This document shows positions 45,647 to 60,042 of a stretch of 64,000 nt of DNA, one piece after another. The notes below the pieces were generated by a model. The model saw only the letters and a list, made by a program, of their open reading frames with translations. It was not told the DNA's origin and did no database searches. A program made the position numbers and the translations under genes. The stretch comes from Escherichia coli (GTDB taxonomy: Bacteria > Pseudomonadota > Gammaproteobacteria > Enterobacterales > Enterobacteriaceae). The stretch lies in assembly GCF_024298765.1 (NCBI RefSeq), contig NZ_CP101210.1; one strand, written 5' to 3'. Position 1 is the stretch's first letter; each line of letters starts with the position of its first letter.

Positions 45647-46821
45647 GCGTAATCATCGTCGGTGGCGGCATGGCGGGCGCGACGCTGGCGCTGGCTATTT
45701 CCCGGTTAAGTCACGGGGCGCTGCCGGTACATTTGATTGAAGCGACTGCGCCAGAGTCACATGCTCATCCGGGCTTTGATGGACGAGCGATAGCGCTGGC
45801 GGCGGGTACCTGTCAGCAACTGGCGCGCATCGGCGTCTGGCAATCTCTGGCTGATTGCGCAACCGCCATCACTACCGTGCATGTCAGCGATCGTGGTCAT
45901 GCCGGATTCGTCACCCTCGCCGCAGAAGATTACCAACTGGCGGCGCTGGGGCAGGTTGTCGAATTGCATAATGTCGGGCAACGGCTGTTTGCATTGCTGC
46001 GCAAAGCACCTGGCGTAACGCTGCATTGTCCTGATCGCGTGGCTAACGTTGCCCGTACTCAGAGTCACGTTGAAGTGACGCTGGAGAGTGGCGAGACGCT
46101 GACGGGCTGCGTGCTGGTAGCCGCTGATGGCACCCATTCAGCGTTAGCCACCGTGTGCGGCGTTGACTGGCAGCAGGAGCCTTACGAACAACTGGCTGTG
46201 ATTGCCAACGTTGCGACTTCCGTTGCGCATGAAGGGCGCGCTTTTGAACGCTTTACACAATATGGCCCGCTGGCGATGTTGCCGATGTCTGACGGACGCT
46301 GTTCGCTGGTCTGGTGTCATCCACTGGAACGGCGCGAAGAGGTACTGTCTTGGAGCGACGAGAAGTTTTGCCGTGAACTCCAGTCGGCCTTTGGTTGGCG
46401 ACTTGGGAAAATTACCCACGCTGGTAAACGCAGTGCTTATCCGCTGGCGTTAACCCGCGCCGCCAGACCTATTACCCATCGTACCGTGCTGGTGGGCAAT
46501 GCGGCGCAAACTCTGCACCCGATTGCCGGGCAAGGGTTCAACCTCGGTATGCGAGATGTCATGAGCCTTGCGGAAACCCTGACTCAGGCGCAGGAGCGCG
46601 GAGAAGACATGGGTGATTACGGCGTATTGTGCCGTTATCAGCAGCGTCGACAGCGCGATCGCGAAGCAACCATCGGCGTCACGGACAGCCTTGTACATCT
46701 TTTTGCCAACCGTTGGGGGCCGCTGGTTGTCGGGCGCAACATCGGGCTGATGGCAATGGAATTATTCACCCCAGCACGCGATGTGCTGGCGCAGCGCACC
46801 CTCGGGTGGGTGGCGCGTTGA
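45643..46821 (+). CDS. ubiH: 2-octaprenyl-6-methoxyphenol hydroxylase UbiH (392 aa)
   Basis: ORF 45643..46821; FAD-binding GGGMAG; ATGA overlap with the pepP stop. Confidence 0.9.
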   Translation: MSVIIVGGGMAGATLALAISRLSHGALPVHLIEATAPESHAHPGFDGRAIALAAGTCQQLARIGVWQSLADCATAITTVHVSDRGHAGFVTLAAEDYQLAALGQVVELHNVGQRLFALLRKAPGVTLHCPDRVANVARTQSHVEVTLESGETLTGCVLVAADGTHSALATVCGVDWQQEPYEQLAVIANVATSVAHEGRAFERFTQYGPLAMLPMSDGRCSLVWCHPLERREEVLSWSDEKFCRELQSAFGWRLGKITHAGKRSAYPLALTRAARPITHRTVLVGNAAQTLHPIAGQGFNLGMRDVMSLAETLTQAQERGEDMGDYGVLCRYQQRRQRDREATIGVTDSLVHLFANRWGPLVVGRNIGLMAMELFTPARDVLAQRTLGWVAR

Positions 46822-46843
46822 AGGCGGTTTTAAGGAATAAACA

Positions 46844-48046
46844 ATGCAAAGTGTTGATGTAGCCATTGTTGGCGGCGGCATGGTGGGGCTGGCGGTTGCC
46901 TGCGGCTTGCAGGGTAGCGGCTTACGCGTTGCCGTACTGGAGCAGCGCGTACCGGAACCTCTGGCGGCGGATGCACCACCACAACTGCGCGTTTCGGCTA
47001 TCAATGCCGCCAGCGAAAAATTACTCACCCGTCTTGGCGTCTGGCAGGACATTCTCTCTCGTAGGGCCAGTTGTTATCACGGTATGGAAGTGTGGGACAA
47101 AGACAGTTTTGGTCACATTTCGTTTGACGATCAAAGCATGGGCTATAGCCATCTTGGGCATATCGTTGAAAACTCGGTGATTCACTACGCGCTGTGGAAC
47201 AAAGCGCAGCAGTCGTCAGATATCACTCTGTTGGCCCCCGCAGAATTACAGCAGGTCGCCTGGGGAGAAAATGAAACCTTCCTGACGTTGAAAGATGGCA
47301 GTATGTTAACGGCGCGTCTGGTGATTGGCGCGGACGGCGCTAATTCCTGGTTGCGCAACAAAGCCGATATTCCGCTGACTTTCTGGGATTATCAGCATCA
47401 CGCGCTGGTAGCGACCATTCGCACGGAAGAACCGCATGATGCGGTGGCGCGGCAGGTTTTTCATGGCGAAGGCATTCTGGCCTTTTTGCCGCTTAGCGAT
47501 CCGCATCTTTGCTCGATTGTCTGGTCACTGTCGCCAGAGGAAGCGCAGCGGATGCAGCAGGCAGGCGAAGACGAATTTAATCGCGCGTTAAATATCGCTT
47601 TTGATAATCGCCTGGGCTTATGCAAGGTTGAAAGTGAGCGCCTGGTGTTCCCGCTAACGGGGCGTTATGCGCGCCAGTTTGCCGCACACCGTCTGGCGCT
47701 GGTGGGCGACGCCGCGCATACTATTCACCCGCTGGCGGGGCAGGGGGTAAATCTCGGCTTTATGGATGCTGCAGAGCTGATTGCTGAACTGAAACGGTTG
47801 CATCGTCAGGGTAAAGACATCGGGCAGTACATTTACCTGCGTCGCTATGAGCGTAGCCGTAAGCACAGTGCGGCGCTGATGCTGGCTGGTATGCAGGGAT
47901 TCCGCGATCTGTTTTCCGGTACCAATCCGGCGAAAAAATTGCTGCGTGATATTGGTTTAAAACTGGCCGACACGCTTCCTGGCGTTAAACCACAACTTAT
48001 CCGCCAGGCAATGGGATTAAACGATTTGCCTGAATGGCTGCGTTAA
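46844..48046 (+). CDS. ubiI: 2-octaprenylphenol hydroxylase UbiI (VisC, 400 aa)
   Basis: ORF 46844..48046; FAD-binding GGGMVG. Confidence 0.9.
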   Translation: MQSVDVAIVGGGMVGLAVACGLQGSGLRVAVLEQRVPEPLAADAPPQLRVSAINAASEKLLTRLGVWQDILSRRASCYHGMEVWDKDSFGHISFDDQSMGYSHLGHIVENSVIHYALWNKAQQSSDITLLAPAELQQVAWGENETFLTLKDGSMLTARLVIGADGANSWLRNKADIPLTFWDYQHHALVATIRTEEPHDAVARQVFHGEGILAFLPLSDPHLCSIVWSLSPEEAQRMQQAGEDEFNRALNIAFDNRLGLCKVESERLVFPLTGRYARQFAAHRLALVGDAAHTIHPLAGQGVNLGFMDAAELIAELKRLHRQGKDIGQYIYLRRYERSRKHSAALMLAGMQGFRDLFSGTNPAKKLLRDIGLKLADTLPGVKPQLIRQAMGLNDLPEWLR

Positions 48047-48089
48047 AAATTTCTCCTCTGTTGTTTATTTGATACCCATCACACTTTCA

Positions 48090-48117
48090 TCTCCCGGTTT
48101 TTTCGCCGGGAGATTTT
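48090..48117 (+). terminator. Rho-independent terminator after ubiI
   Basis: Stem tctcccgg/ccgggaga with a T-rich loop, then tttt. Confidence 0.5.
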
Positions 48118-48129
48118 CCTCATTTGAAA

Positions 48130-48493
48130 TAAACTAATTTCACCTCCGTTTTCGCATTATATTTTCTAATGTCATGATTTTTTGATTTAGTGTTTTTTGA
48201 CATTTTTTTAGTTCTTAATATTGCATTAATCAAATTAACTTTCTCATCTGTTTATCTTTATATAGAGATTTGTTCATTTTTTGGTTTTTTATTCTGTTGC
48301 GATTTTTGCATTTTTTAACCATAAGCTAATGTGATGATCAATTTTACCTTATGGTTAACAGTCTGTTTCGGTGGTAAGTTCAGGCAAAAGAGAACGATTG
48401 CGTTGGGGACCGGGAGTGGCTCCGATGCTGGGTTTCGTGGTGATAATTTCGCCATGGAAAAGTTGTCAGCCCCGCTTATTCAATGAGGACAAG
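48130..48493 (+). promoter_or_regulatory. AT-rich gcvTHP promoter/control region
   Basis: About 360 bp of AT-rich sequence upstream of gcvT containing CTAAT...ATTAG-like motifs (e.g. ctaatgtcatgattttttgatttag at about 48166..48190) of the kind bound by GcvA; assignment from position and established gcv regulation. Confidence 0.4.
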
Positions 48494-49588
48494 ATGGCAC
48501 AACAGACTCCTTTGTACGAACAACACACGCTTTGCGGCGCTCGCATGGTGGATTTCCACGGCTGGATGATGCCGCTGCATTACGGTTCGCAAATCGACGA
48601 ACATCATGCGGTACGTACCGATGCCGGAATGTTTGATGTGTCACATATGACCATCGTCGATCTTCGCGGCAGCCGCACTCGGGAGTTTCTGCGTTATCTG
48701 CTGGCGAACGATGTGGCGAAACTCACCAAAAGCGGCAAAGCCCTTTACTCGGGGATGTTGAATGCCTCTGGCGGTGTGATAGATGACCTCATCGTCTACT
48801 ACTTTACTGAAGATTTCTTCCGCCTCGTTGTTAACTCCGCCACCCGCGAAAAAGACCTCTCCTGGATTACCCAACACGCTGAACCTTTCGGCATCGAAAT
48901 TACCGTTCGTGATGACCTTTCCATGATCGCCGTACAAGGGCCGAATGCGCAGGCAAAAGCTGCCACACTGTTTAATGACGCCCAGCGTCAGGCGGTGGAA
49001 GGGATGAAACCGTTCTTTGGCGTGCAGGCGGGCGATCTGTTTATTGCCACCACTGGTTATACCGGTGAAGCGGGCTATGAAATTGCGCTGCCCAATGAAA
49101 AAGCGGCGGATTTCTGGCGCGCGCTGGTGGAAGCGGGCGTTAAGCCATGCGGCCTGGGCGCGCGTGACACGCTGCGTCTGGAAGCGGGTATGAATCTTTA
49201 TAGTCAGGAGATGGACGAAACCATCTCTCCTTTAGCCGCCAATATGGGCTGGACTATCGCCTGGGAACCGGCAGATCGTGACTTCATCGGTCGTGAAGCC
49301 CTGGAAGTGCAGCGTGAGCATGGCACAGAAAAACTGGTTGGTCTGGTGATGACCGAAAAAGGCGTGCTGCGTAATGAACTGCCGGTACGCTTTACCGATG
49401 CGCAGGGCAACCAGCATGAAGGCATTATCACCAGCGGTACTTTCTCCCCGACGCTGGGTTACAGCATTGCGCTGGCGCGCGTGCCGGAAGGTATTGGTGA
49501 AACAGCGATTGTACAAATTCGCAACCGTGAAATGCCGGTTAAAGTGACGAAACCTGTTTTTGTGCGTAACGGTAAAGCCGTCGCGTGA
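48494..49588 (+). CDS. gcvT: Glycine cleavage T protein GcvT (364 aa)
   Basis: ORF 48371..49588 trimmed to [21 protein letters not shown]. Confidence 0.95.
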
Positions 49589-49611
49589 TTTACTTTTTTG
49601 GAGATTGATTG

Positions 49612-50001
49612 ATGAGCAACGTACCAGCAGAACTGAAATACAGCAAAGAACACGAATGGCTGCGTAAAGAAGCCGACGGCACTTACACCGTTGGTATCAC
49701 CGAACATGCCCAGGAGCTGTTAGGCGATATGGTGTTTGTTGACCTGCCGGAAGTGGGCGCAACGGTTAGCGCGGGCGATGACTGCGCGGTTGCCGAATCA
49801 GTAAAAGCGGCGTCAGACATTTATGCGCCAGTAAGCGGTGAAATCGTGGCGGTAAACGACGCACTGAGCGATTCCCCGGAACTGGTGAACAGCGAACCGT
49901 ATGCAGGCGGCTGGATCTTTAAAATCAAAGCCAGCGATGAAAGCGAACTGGAATCACTGCTGGATGCGACCGCATACGAAGCATTGTTAGAAGACGAGTA
50001 A
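49612..50001 (+). CDS. gcvH: Glycine cleavage H protein GcvH (129 aa)
   Basis: ORF 49609..50001 trimmed to [20 protein letters not shown]. Confidence 0.95.
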
Positions 50002-50119
50002 CGGCTTTATTCCTCTTCTGCGGGAGAGGATCAGGGTGAGGAACTTTTACGCCTCACCCTCACTCTCTTCGCAAGGAGAGAGGTTCACAATTCACTGCAC
50101 GTTTCAGGAACCATCGCTC

Positions 50120-52993
50120 ATGACACAGACGTTAAGCCAGCTTGAAAACAGCGGCGCTTTTATTGAACGCCATATCGGACCGGACGCCGCGCAACAGCAA
50201 GAAATGCTGAATGCCGTTGGCGCACAATCGTTAAACGCGCTGACCGGCCAGATTGTGCCGAAAGATATTCAGCTTGCGACCCCGCCGCAGGTTGGCGCAC
50301 CGGCGACCGAATACGCCGCGCTGGCGGAACTCAAGGCTATTGCCAGTCGCAATAAACGCTTCACGTCTTACATCGGCATGGGTTACACCGCCGTGCAGCT
50401 ACCGCCGGTTATTCTGCGTAACATGCTGGAAAATCCGGGCTGGTATACCGCGTATACTCCGTATCAACCTGAAGTCTCCCAGGGCCGCCTTGAAGCACTG
50501 CTCAACTTCCAGCAGGTAACGCTGGATTTGACCGGGCTGGATATGGCCTCTGCCTCTCTTCTGGACGAGGCCACTGCTGCCGCCGAAGCAATGGCGATGG
50601 CGAAACGCGTCAGCAAACTGAAAAATGCCAACCGCTTCTTCGTTGCTTCTGACGTTCATCCGCAAACGCTCGATGTGGTCCGTACTCGTGCTGAAACCTT
50701 TGGTTTTGAAGTGATTGTCGATGACGCGCAAAAAGTGCTCGACCATCAGGACGTCTTCGGCGTGCTGTTACAGCAGGTTGGCACAACCGGTGAAATCCAC
50801 GACTACACTGCGCTCATCAGCGAACTGAAATCACGCAAAATTGTGGTCAGTGTCGCCGCCGATATTATGGCGCTGGTGCTGTTAACTGCGCCGGGTAAAC
50901 AGGGCGCGGATATTGTCTTTGGTTCGGCGCAACGCTTCGGTGTGCCGATGGGCTACGGTGGCCCACACGCAGCATTCTTTGCGGCGAAAGATGAATACAA
51001 ACGCTCAATGCCGGGCCGTATTATCGGTGTATCGAAAGATGCAGCTGGCAATACCGCTCTGCGCATGGCGATGCAGACTCGCGAGCAACATATTCGCCGT
51101 GAGAAAGCGAACTCCAACATTTGTACTTCCCAGGTACTGCTGGCAAACATCGCCAGCCTGTATGCCGTTTATCACGGCCCGGTTGGCCTGAAACGTATCG
51201 CTAACCGCATCCACCGTCTGACCGATATCCTGGCGGCGGGCCTGCAACAAAAAGGTCTGAAACTGCGTCATGCGCACTATTTCGACACTTTGTGTGTGGA
51301 AGTGGCAGACAAGGCGGGCGTACTGGCGCGTGCCGAAGCGGCTGAAATCAACCTGCGTAGCGATATCCTGAACGCGGTTGGGATCACCCTTGATGAAACC
51401 ACCACGCGTGAAAACGTGATGCAGCTTTTCAGCGTACTGCTGGGGGATAACCACGGCCTGGACATCGACACGCTGGACAAAGACGTGGCTCACGACAGCC
51501 GCTCTATTCAGCCTGCGATGCTGCGCGACGACGAAATCCTCACCCATCCGGTGTTTAATCGCTACCACAGCGAAACCGAAATGATGCGCTATATGCACTC
51601 GCTGGAGCGTAAAGATCTGGCGCTGAATCAGGCGATGATCCCGCTGGGTTCCTGCACCATGAAACTGAACGCCGCCGCCGAGATGCTCCCAATCACCTGG
51701 CCGGAATTTGCCGAACTGCACCCGTTCTGCCCGCCGGAGCAGGCCGAAGGTTATCAGCAGATGATTGCGCAGCTGGCTGACTGGCTGGTGAAACTGACCG
51801 GTTACGACGCCGTTTGTATGCAGCCGAACTCTGGCGCACAGGGCGAATACGCGGGCCTGCTGGCGATTCGTCATTATCATGAAAGCCGCAACGAAGGGCA
51901 TCGTGATATCTGCCTGATCCCGGCTTCTGCGCACGGAACTAACCCCGCTTCTGCACATATGGCAGGAATGCAGGTGGTGGTTGTGGCGTGTGATAAAAAC
52001 GGCAACATCGATCTGACTGATCTGCGCGCGAAAGCGGAACAGGCGGGCGATAACCTCTCCTGTATCATGGTGACCTATCCTTCCACCCACGGCGTGTATG
52101 AAGAAACGATCCGTGAAGTGTGTGAAGTCGTGCATCAGTTCGGCGGTCAGGTTTACCTTGATGGCGCGAACATGAACGCCCAGGTCGGCATCACCTCACC
52201 GGGCTTTATTGGCGCGGACGTCTCGCACCTTAACCTGCATAAAACTTTCTGCATTCCGCACGGTGGCGGCGGCCCTGGTATGGGACCGATCGGCGTGAAA
52301 GCGCATCTGGCACCGTTTGTGCCAGGTCATAGCGTGGTACAAATTGAAGGCATGTTAACCCGTCAGGGCGCGGTTTCTGCGGCACCGTTCGGTAGCGCAT
52401 CCATTCTGCCAATCAGCTGGATGTACATCCGCATGATGGGCGCAGAAGGGCTGAAAAAAGCAAGCCAGGTGGCAATTCTTAACGCCAACTATATTGCCAG
52501 CCGCCTGCAGGATGCCTTCCCGGTGCTGTATACCGGTCGCGACGGTCGCGTGGCGCACGAATGTATTCTCGATATTCGCCCGCTGAAAGAAGAAACCGGC
52601 ATCAGCGAACTGGATATTGCCAAGCGTCTGATCGACTACGGTTTCCACGCGCCGACCATGTCGTTCCCGGTGGCGGGTACGCTGATGGTTGAACCGACTG
52701 AATCTGAAAGCAAAGTGGAACTGGATCGCTTTATCGACGCGATGCTGGCTATCCGCGCAGAAATTGACCAGGTGAAAGCCGGTGTCTGGCCGCTGGAAGA
52801 TAACCCGCTGGTGAACGCGCCGCACATTCAGAGCGAACTGGTCGCCGAGTGGGCGCATCCGTACAGCCGTGAAGTTGCGGTATTCCCGGCAGGCGTGGCA
52901 GACAAATACTGGCCGACAGTGAAACGTCTGGATGATGTTTACGGCGACCGTAACCTGTTCTGCTCCTGCGTACCGATTAGCGAATACCAGTAA
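50120..52993 (+). CDS. gcvP: Glycine dehydrogenase (decarboxylating) GcvP (957 aa)
   Basis: ORF 50036..52993 trimmed to [22 protein letters not shown]. Confidence 0.95.
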   Translation: MTQTLSQLENSGAFIERHIGPDAAQQQEMLNAVGAQSLNALTGQIVPKDIQLATPPQVGAPATEYAALAELKAIASRNKRFTSYIGMGYTAVQLPPVILRNMLENPGWYTAYTPYQPEVSQGRLEALLNFQQVTLDLTGLDMASASLLDEATAAAEAMAMAKRVSKLKNANRFFVASDVHPQTLDVVRTRAETFGFEVIVDDAQKVLDHQDVFGVLLQQVGTTGEIHDYTALISELKSRKIVVSVAADIMALVLLTAPGKQGADIVFGSAQRFGVPMGYGGPHAAFFAAKDEYKRSMPGRIIGVSKDAAGNTALRMAMQTREQHIRREKANSNICTSQVLLANIASLYAVYHGPVGLKRIANRIHRLTDILAAGLQQKGLKLRHAHYFDTLCVEVADKAGVLARAEAAEINLRSDILNAVGITLDETTTRENVMQLFSVLLGDNHGLDIDTLDKDVAHDSRSIQPAMLRDDEILTHPVFNRYHSETEMMRYMHSLERKDLALNQAMIPLGSCTMKLNAAAEMLPITWPEFAELHPFCPPEQAEGYQQMIAQLADWLVKLTGYDAVCMQPNSGAQGEYAGLLAIRHYHESRNEGHRDICLIPASAHGTNPASAHMAGMQVVVVACDKNGNIDLTDLRAKAEQAGDNLSCIMVTYPSTHGVYEETIREVCEVVHQFGGQVYLDGANMNAQVGITSPGFIGADVSHLNLHKTFCIPHGGGGPGMGPIGVKAHLAPFVPGHSVVQIEGMLTRQGAVSAAPFGSASILPISWMYIRMMGAEGLKKASQVAILNANYIASRLQDAFPVLYTGRDGRVAHECILDIRPLKEETGISELDIAKRLIDYGFHAPTMSFPVAGTLMVEPTESESKVELDRFIDAMLAIRAEIDQVKAGVWPLEDNPLVNAPHIQSELVAEWAHPYSREVAVFPAGVADKYWPTVKRLDDVYGDRNLFCSCVPISEYQ

Positions 52994-53015
52994 TTCACTG
53001 ATTCGACTATCTTCT

Positions 53016-53038
53016 AAAGGCGCTTCGGCGCCTTTTTA
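53016..53038 (+). terminator. Rho-independent terminator after gcvP
   Basis: aaaggcgcttcggcgccttttta. Confidence 0.6.
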
Positions 53039-53117
53039 GCTTGTTAATAAAGTGCGCTTTGTGTGTCGGATGAAGCGTAAATATAAACTCCTGGAGTTCA
53101 ATATATGACAGGAGCGC

Positions 53118-53147
53118 CAGGCCTGATGAGCGGGGCGCATCAGGCAC
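53118..53147. repeat. REP-like palindrome in the gcvP-bglA spacer
   Basis: gcctgatgagcggggcgcatcaggc. Confidence 0.45.
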
Positions 53148-53156
53148 ATCGGGTAA

Positions 53157-54617
<1,461 letters not shown>

Positions 54618-54634
54618 TTACAGGAAATAGTACC

Positions 54635-54946
54635 ATGCAGCCAAACGACATCACTTTTTTTCAACGTTTCCAGGATGACATTCTGGCTGGGCGTAAAACC
54701 ATCACCATCCGCGACGAGTCTGAATCGCACTTCAAAACGGGTGATGTGCTTCGTGTCGGGCGTTTTGAAGATGACGGTTATTTTTGCACGATTGAAGTCA
54801 CCGCAACCTCAACCGTAACGCTGGATACACTGACGGAAAAACATGCAGAGCAGGAAAATATGACCCTGACTGATCTGAAAAAGGTCATTACCGATATCTA
54901 TCCCGGTCAGACACAGTTTTATGTGATTGAATTTAAATGCCTTTAA
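54635..54946 (+). CDS. yqfB: ASCH-domain protein YqfB (103 aa)
   Basis: ORF 54635..54946; translation [21 protein letters not shown]. Confidence 0.8.
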   Translation: MQPNDITFFQRFQDDILAGRKTITIRDESESHFKTGDVLRVGRFEDDGYFCTIEVTATSTVTLDTLTEKHAEQENMTLTDLKKVITDIYPGQTQFYVIEFKCL

Positions 54947-55106
54947 ATTGAACTCACGCCTGTTAGTTGAAATTTCGCATTTAATTTCATGATTTTTCGG
55001 AGATTAGTCTCAAATCAGAATTTATTTTAGCTAACAGGTGTTCACTGGAACTATTCTCAGTTACGCTGGAGAGGTATACATGTGCGTGTACGTTTCTCCG
55101 GAGTAA

Positions 55107-55769
<663 letters not shown>

Positions 55770-55845
55770 TGGGTGTGCCTTTGTAGGCCTGAAAAGACAC
55801 ACCCTTGTCGCATCAGGCGATAAATGCATGATGCGACACAGAGAT

Positions 55846-56826
55846 TTACTCTTCGAGTGAATACGGCAGCGGCTCGATATGCAATGTATTCGCATCGTCA
55901 CGCACGCGGAAGATGCTGTCCGGTTCCATATCGTTATTCATGACGACCTGTACCACGACCTGACCATCTTCCAGTTTTACCGCAGCCAGCACGGTTCCGG
56001 TACGACGCCAGTTCTCGCCCATTTTCAGCTCTAAGTCTTCACCGGCTTCCGGCAGTCGGCTGGCGCTACCCGTCAGCAACCAGAGCGCGCGTTTGTTGGC
56101 ACCACGGAATTTAGCTCGCGCCACCATCTCTTGTCCGGTATAGCAGCCTTTTTTAAAGCTAATGCCGCCCAGCGCCTGGAGGTTGGTCGCCTGTGGGATA
56201 AACTGCCCGCTGTTGGCGGCATCAATCACCGGGAAACCCGCTTCAATGTTTAATGCCAGCCACTGTTGGCTATTGTTCAGTTCCGCTTCACCGCGCAGTT
56301 TATCGGTCAGCATATTGGCAGTGGCTTCATCGGTTACGATCAGGAAACGTTCTGCAGGGTGTTCAAACCATAGCAAAGTGGTCGCGCCTTCTTTAACTAC
56401 CTGTTTTTCTTTCGAAGGCAGTTCACTAAAGATATTTGCCAGCGCGGCGCGCGCCTGAAAACCGGCAACACCAAGCAGCACACGCTCATCGTCCGGCGCG
56501 ATGGTCACTTTAGAGAACACCGCATATTTTTTCAGTTCAGTCAGCTGCGGTTCACGCACACTGCGCCGTTCAATCCATGCAAAGCCATCGCCGTCGCGGA
56601 ACAGACGTAAATTGCTCCACATTTTACCTTTGGCGTCGCAATGGGCGGCGAGCAGATGCTGATTTTCTGTCATCTGGCTGACATCTGCTGTCACCTGACC
56701 CTGCATATATTTTTCGCTGTCCGCGCCAGTAATGGTGGCAAGCGCCCAGTCATCAAGCGTTATCAGCGTCAGCGGTAAACGGGCAGACGCCGTAGGCTGA
56801 CGGGGAGGAAAAGGTGTAAAAGCCAT
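55846..56826 (-). CDS. ygfZ: Folate-binding Fe-S cluster repair protein YgfZ (326 aa)
   Basis: ORF 55846..56826; translation [27 protein letters not shown]. Confidence 0.9.
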   Translation of the reverse strand: MAFTPFPPRQPTASARLPLTLITLDDWALATITGADSEKYMQGQVTADVSQMTENQHLLAAHCDAKGKMWSNLRLFRDGDGFAWIERRSVREPQLTELKKYAVFSKVTIAPDDERVLLGVAGFQARAALANIFSELPSKEKQVVKEGATTLLWFEHPAERFLIVTDEATANMLTDKLRGEAELNNSQQWLALNIEAGFPVIDAANSGQFIPQATNLQALGGISFKKGCYTGQEMVARAKFRGANKRALWLLTGSASRLPEAGEDLELKMGENWRRTGTVLAAVKLEDGQVVVQVVMNNDMEPDSIFRVRDDANTLHIEPLPYSLEE

Positions 56827-57066
56827 AATAGAGTCCTGAGTTGCTTAACGGCGTATTAATGACTAATGGTAAAAGAGCTATGAGGCAATGCAAGTGCTTT
56901 CACTACGCGATCTGTGCCTTCTGATATGCTTTGCGAGGCGACTTCCAAAAAAATGAAGCCCTTGAATTGTTGTGAATTAATTTCGCGATCGCGATTGTGT
57001 TTACTGATATTCCCGTAAAAGAAGTCGAAAAACACGTTACAATAGCCGGGTACTGGATTTTCGTGA

Positions 57067-57733
<667 letters not shown>

Positions 57734-57772
57734 AGATGACGGCAAAGCATATGTGCTAAGCCGTCAGTGACA

Positions 57773-58294
57773 TCAGGCGTAATGCTCTGCCATTTCGTTG
57801 AGGATTTGCTCGCACCAGCTCTGAATACGCTCGTCGCTAAGGTCATACTGGTTAGTTTCATCCAGCGCCAGACCCACGAACAGTTGCCCGTCAGCAATCA
57901 CCGGTTTCGGGCTGGTAAATTCATATCCTTCCGTTGGCCAGTAGCCGACGAACTTCACGCCTTTGGTCGAGAGTTTGTCATGCAGCATACCGAGCGCATC
58001 GAGGAACCACTCGCCGTATCCCAGTTGATCGCCAAGCCCATACAGCGCAACAATTTTACCTTCGAGGTTCAGGTCGTCGAGCTGATCCCAGACGGCTTCC
58101 CAGTCTTCCTGGATTTCGCCAAAATCCCAGGTCGGGATACCCAGAATGAGCACATCGTACTGCTCCATTAATTTCGGGGAGTCGTCCTTGAGGTTATGTA
58201 AGGTCACCAGTTCTGGGCCGATAATATCGCGGATTTTTTCTGCCGCCATTTCGGTGTAACAGGTGCTGGAACCGTAAAAAAGACCCATATTCAT
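57773..58294 (-). CDS. fldB: Flavodoxin 2 FldB (173 aa)
   Basis: ORF 57773..58294; translation [23 protein letters not shown]. Confidence 0.9.
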
Positions 58295-58405
58295 AACGTA
58301 AGCTTCTCGATTCTGCTGTGGCTTTTGCGGCTAGTGTATCAGAATCGCTTTAGTCACGGCACAATAAGGCATAATGGATCAAATGAGTGACCATAAGGGG
58401 CGCAA

Positions 58406-59302
58406 GTGAAACAGGATCTGGCACGCATCGAGCAGTTTCTTGATGCTCTGTGGCTGGAAAAAAATCTGGCTGAAAATACGTTGAACGCTTACCGTCGCGA
58501 TCTGTCAATGATGGTGGAGTGGTTGCATCACCGCGGGTTGACGCTGGCGACGGCGCAAAGTGACGATTTGCAGGCATTACTGGCAGAACGGCTGGAGGGC
58601 GGGTATAAAGCCACCAGCTCAGCGCGTTTGCTGAGTGCAGTGCGCCGATTGTTCCAGTATCTTTATCGCGAAAAGTTTCGTGAAGATGATCCCAGTGCGC
58701 ATCTCGCTTCACCGAAATTGCCCCAGCGTTTGCCAAAAGATTTAAGCGAAGCGCAGGTCGAACGTTTATTACAGGCACCATTAATTGATCAGCCACTGGA
58801 GCTACGCGATAAAGCCATGCTTGAAGTGTTGTATGCTACCGGACTGCGTGTCTCTGAACTGGTCGGGCTGACAATGAGTGATATCAGCCTGCGTCAGGGC
58901 GTGGTGCGGGTCATTGGTAAAGGCAACAAAGAGCGCCTGGTGCCGTTAGGTGAAGAGGCGGTTTACTGGCTGGAAACCTATCTGGAACATGGGCGTCCGT
59001 GGCTGTTGAATGGTGTGTCAATTGACGTGTTGTTTCCCAGCCAGCGTGCGCAGCAGATGACGCGACAGACCTTCTGGCACCGCATTAAACATTATGCCGT
59101 GCTGGCGGGTATCGACAGCGAAAAGCTGTCACCGCATGTGTTGCGTCACGCTTTTGCCACTCACTTATTAAATCATGGTGCGGATTTGCGCGTGGTGCAG
59201 ATGCTACTGGGCCACAGCGATCTCTCCACCACGCAAATTTATACGCATGTCGCTACCGAGCGTCTGCGGCAACTTCATCAACAGCATCACCCGCGGGCGT
59301 GA
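58406..59302 (+). CDS. xerD: Chromosome dimer-resolution tyrosine recombinase XerD (298 aa)
   Basis: ORF 58406..59302 (GTG start); C-terminal RHAFATHLL...GHSDLSTTQIYTHV catalytic region. Housekeeping recombinase, not a mobile-element integrase. Confidence 0.9.
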   Translation: MKQDLARIEQFLDALWLEKNLAENTLNAYRRDLSMMVEWLHHRGLTLATAQSDDLQALLAERLEGGYKATSSARLLSAVRRLFQYLYREKFREDDPSAHLASPKLPQRLPKDLSEAQVERLLQAPLIDQPLELRDKAMLEVLYATGLRVSELVGLTMSDISLRQGVVRVIGKGNKERLVPLGEEAVYWLETYLEHGRPWLLNGVSIDVLFPSQRAQQMTRQTFWHRIKHYAVLAGIDSEKLSPHVLRHAFATHLLNHGADLRVVQMLLGHSDLSTTQIYTHVATERLRQLHQQHHPRA

Positions 59303-59326
59303 TGTCTGAAAAGAACAGGAAAATTT

Positions 59327-60037
59327 ATGAAGAAAGGTTTTATGTTATTTACCTTGTTGGCAGCGTTTTCAGGCTTTGTTCAGGCTGATGACGCGGCAAT
59401 TCAACAAACGTTAGCCAAAATGGGCATCAAAAGCAGCGATATTCAGCCCGCGCCCGTAGCTGGCATGAAGACAGTTCTGACTAACAGCGGTGTGTTGTAC
59501 ATCACCGATGATGGTAAACATATCATTCAGGGGCCAATGTATGACGTTAGTGGCACGGCTCCGGTCAATGTCACCAATAAGATGCTGTTAAAGCAGTTGA
59601 ATGCGCTTGAAAAAGAGATGATCGTTTATAAAGCGCCGCAGGAAAAACACGTCATCACCGTGTTTACTGATATTACCTGTGGTTACTGCCACAAACTGCA
59701 TGAGCAAATGGCAGACTATAACGCGCTGGGGATCACCGTGCGTTATCTTGCTTTCCCGCGCCAGGGGCTGGACAGCGATGCAGAGAAAGAAATGAAAGCT
59801 ATCTGGTGTGCGAAAGATAAAAACAAAGCGTTTGATGATGTGATGGCAGGTAAAAGCGTCGCACCAGCCAGCTGCGACGTGGATATTGCCGACCATTACG
59901 CACTTGGCGTCCAGCTTGGCGTTAGCGGTACTCCGGCAGTTGTGCTGAGCAATGGCACACTTGTTCCGGGTTACCAGCCGCCGAAAGACATGAAAGAATT
60001 CCTCGACGAACACCAAAAAATGACCAGCGGTAAATAA
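59327..60037 (+). CDS. dsbC: Periplasmic disulfide isomerase DsbC (236 aa)
   Basis: ORF 59327..60037; signal peptide and CGYC active site. Confidence 0.9.
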   Translation: MKKGFMLFTLLAAFSGFVQADDAAIQQTLAKMGIKSSDIQPAPVAGMKTVLTNSGVLYITDDGKHIIQGPMYDVSGTAPVNVTNKMLLKQLNALEKEMIVYKAPQEKHVITVFTDITCGYCHKLHEQMADYNALGITVRYLAFPRQGLDSDAEKEMKAIWCAKDKNKAFDDVMAGKSVAPASCDVDIADHYALGVQLGVSGTPAVVLSNGTLVPGYQPPKDMKEFLDEHQKMTSGK

Positions 60038-60042
60038 TTCGC

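Noticed and set aside
51005-52135. 376-aa ORF antisense to gcvP
   Set aside because: Shadow ORF inside gcvP; no RBS context and a compositionally odd translation.
58406-59302. Tyrosine recombinase as a possible integrase marking a mobile element
   Set aside because: It is XerD in its conserved xerD-dsbC-recJ operon, a housekeeping dimer-resolution recombinase; no att-like repeats, tRNA or phage genes nearby.
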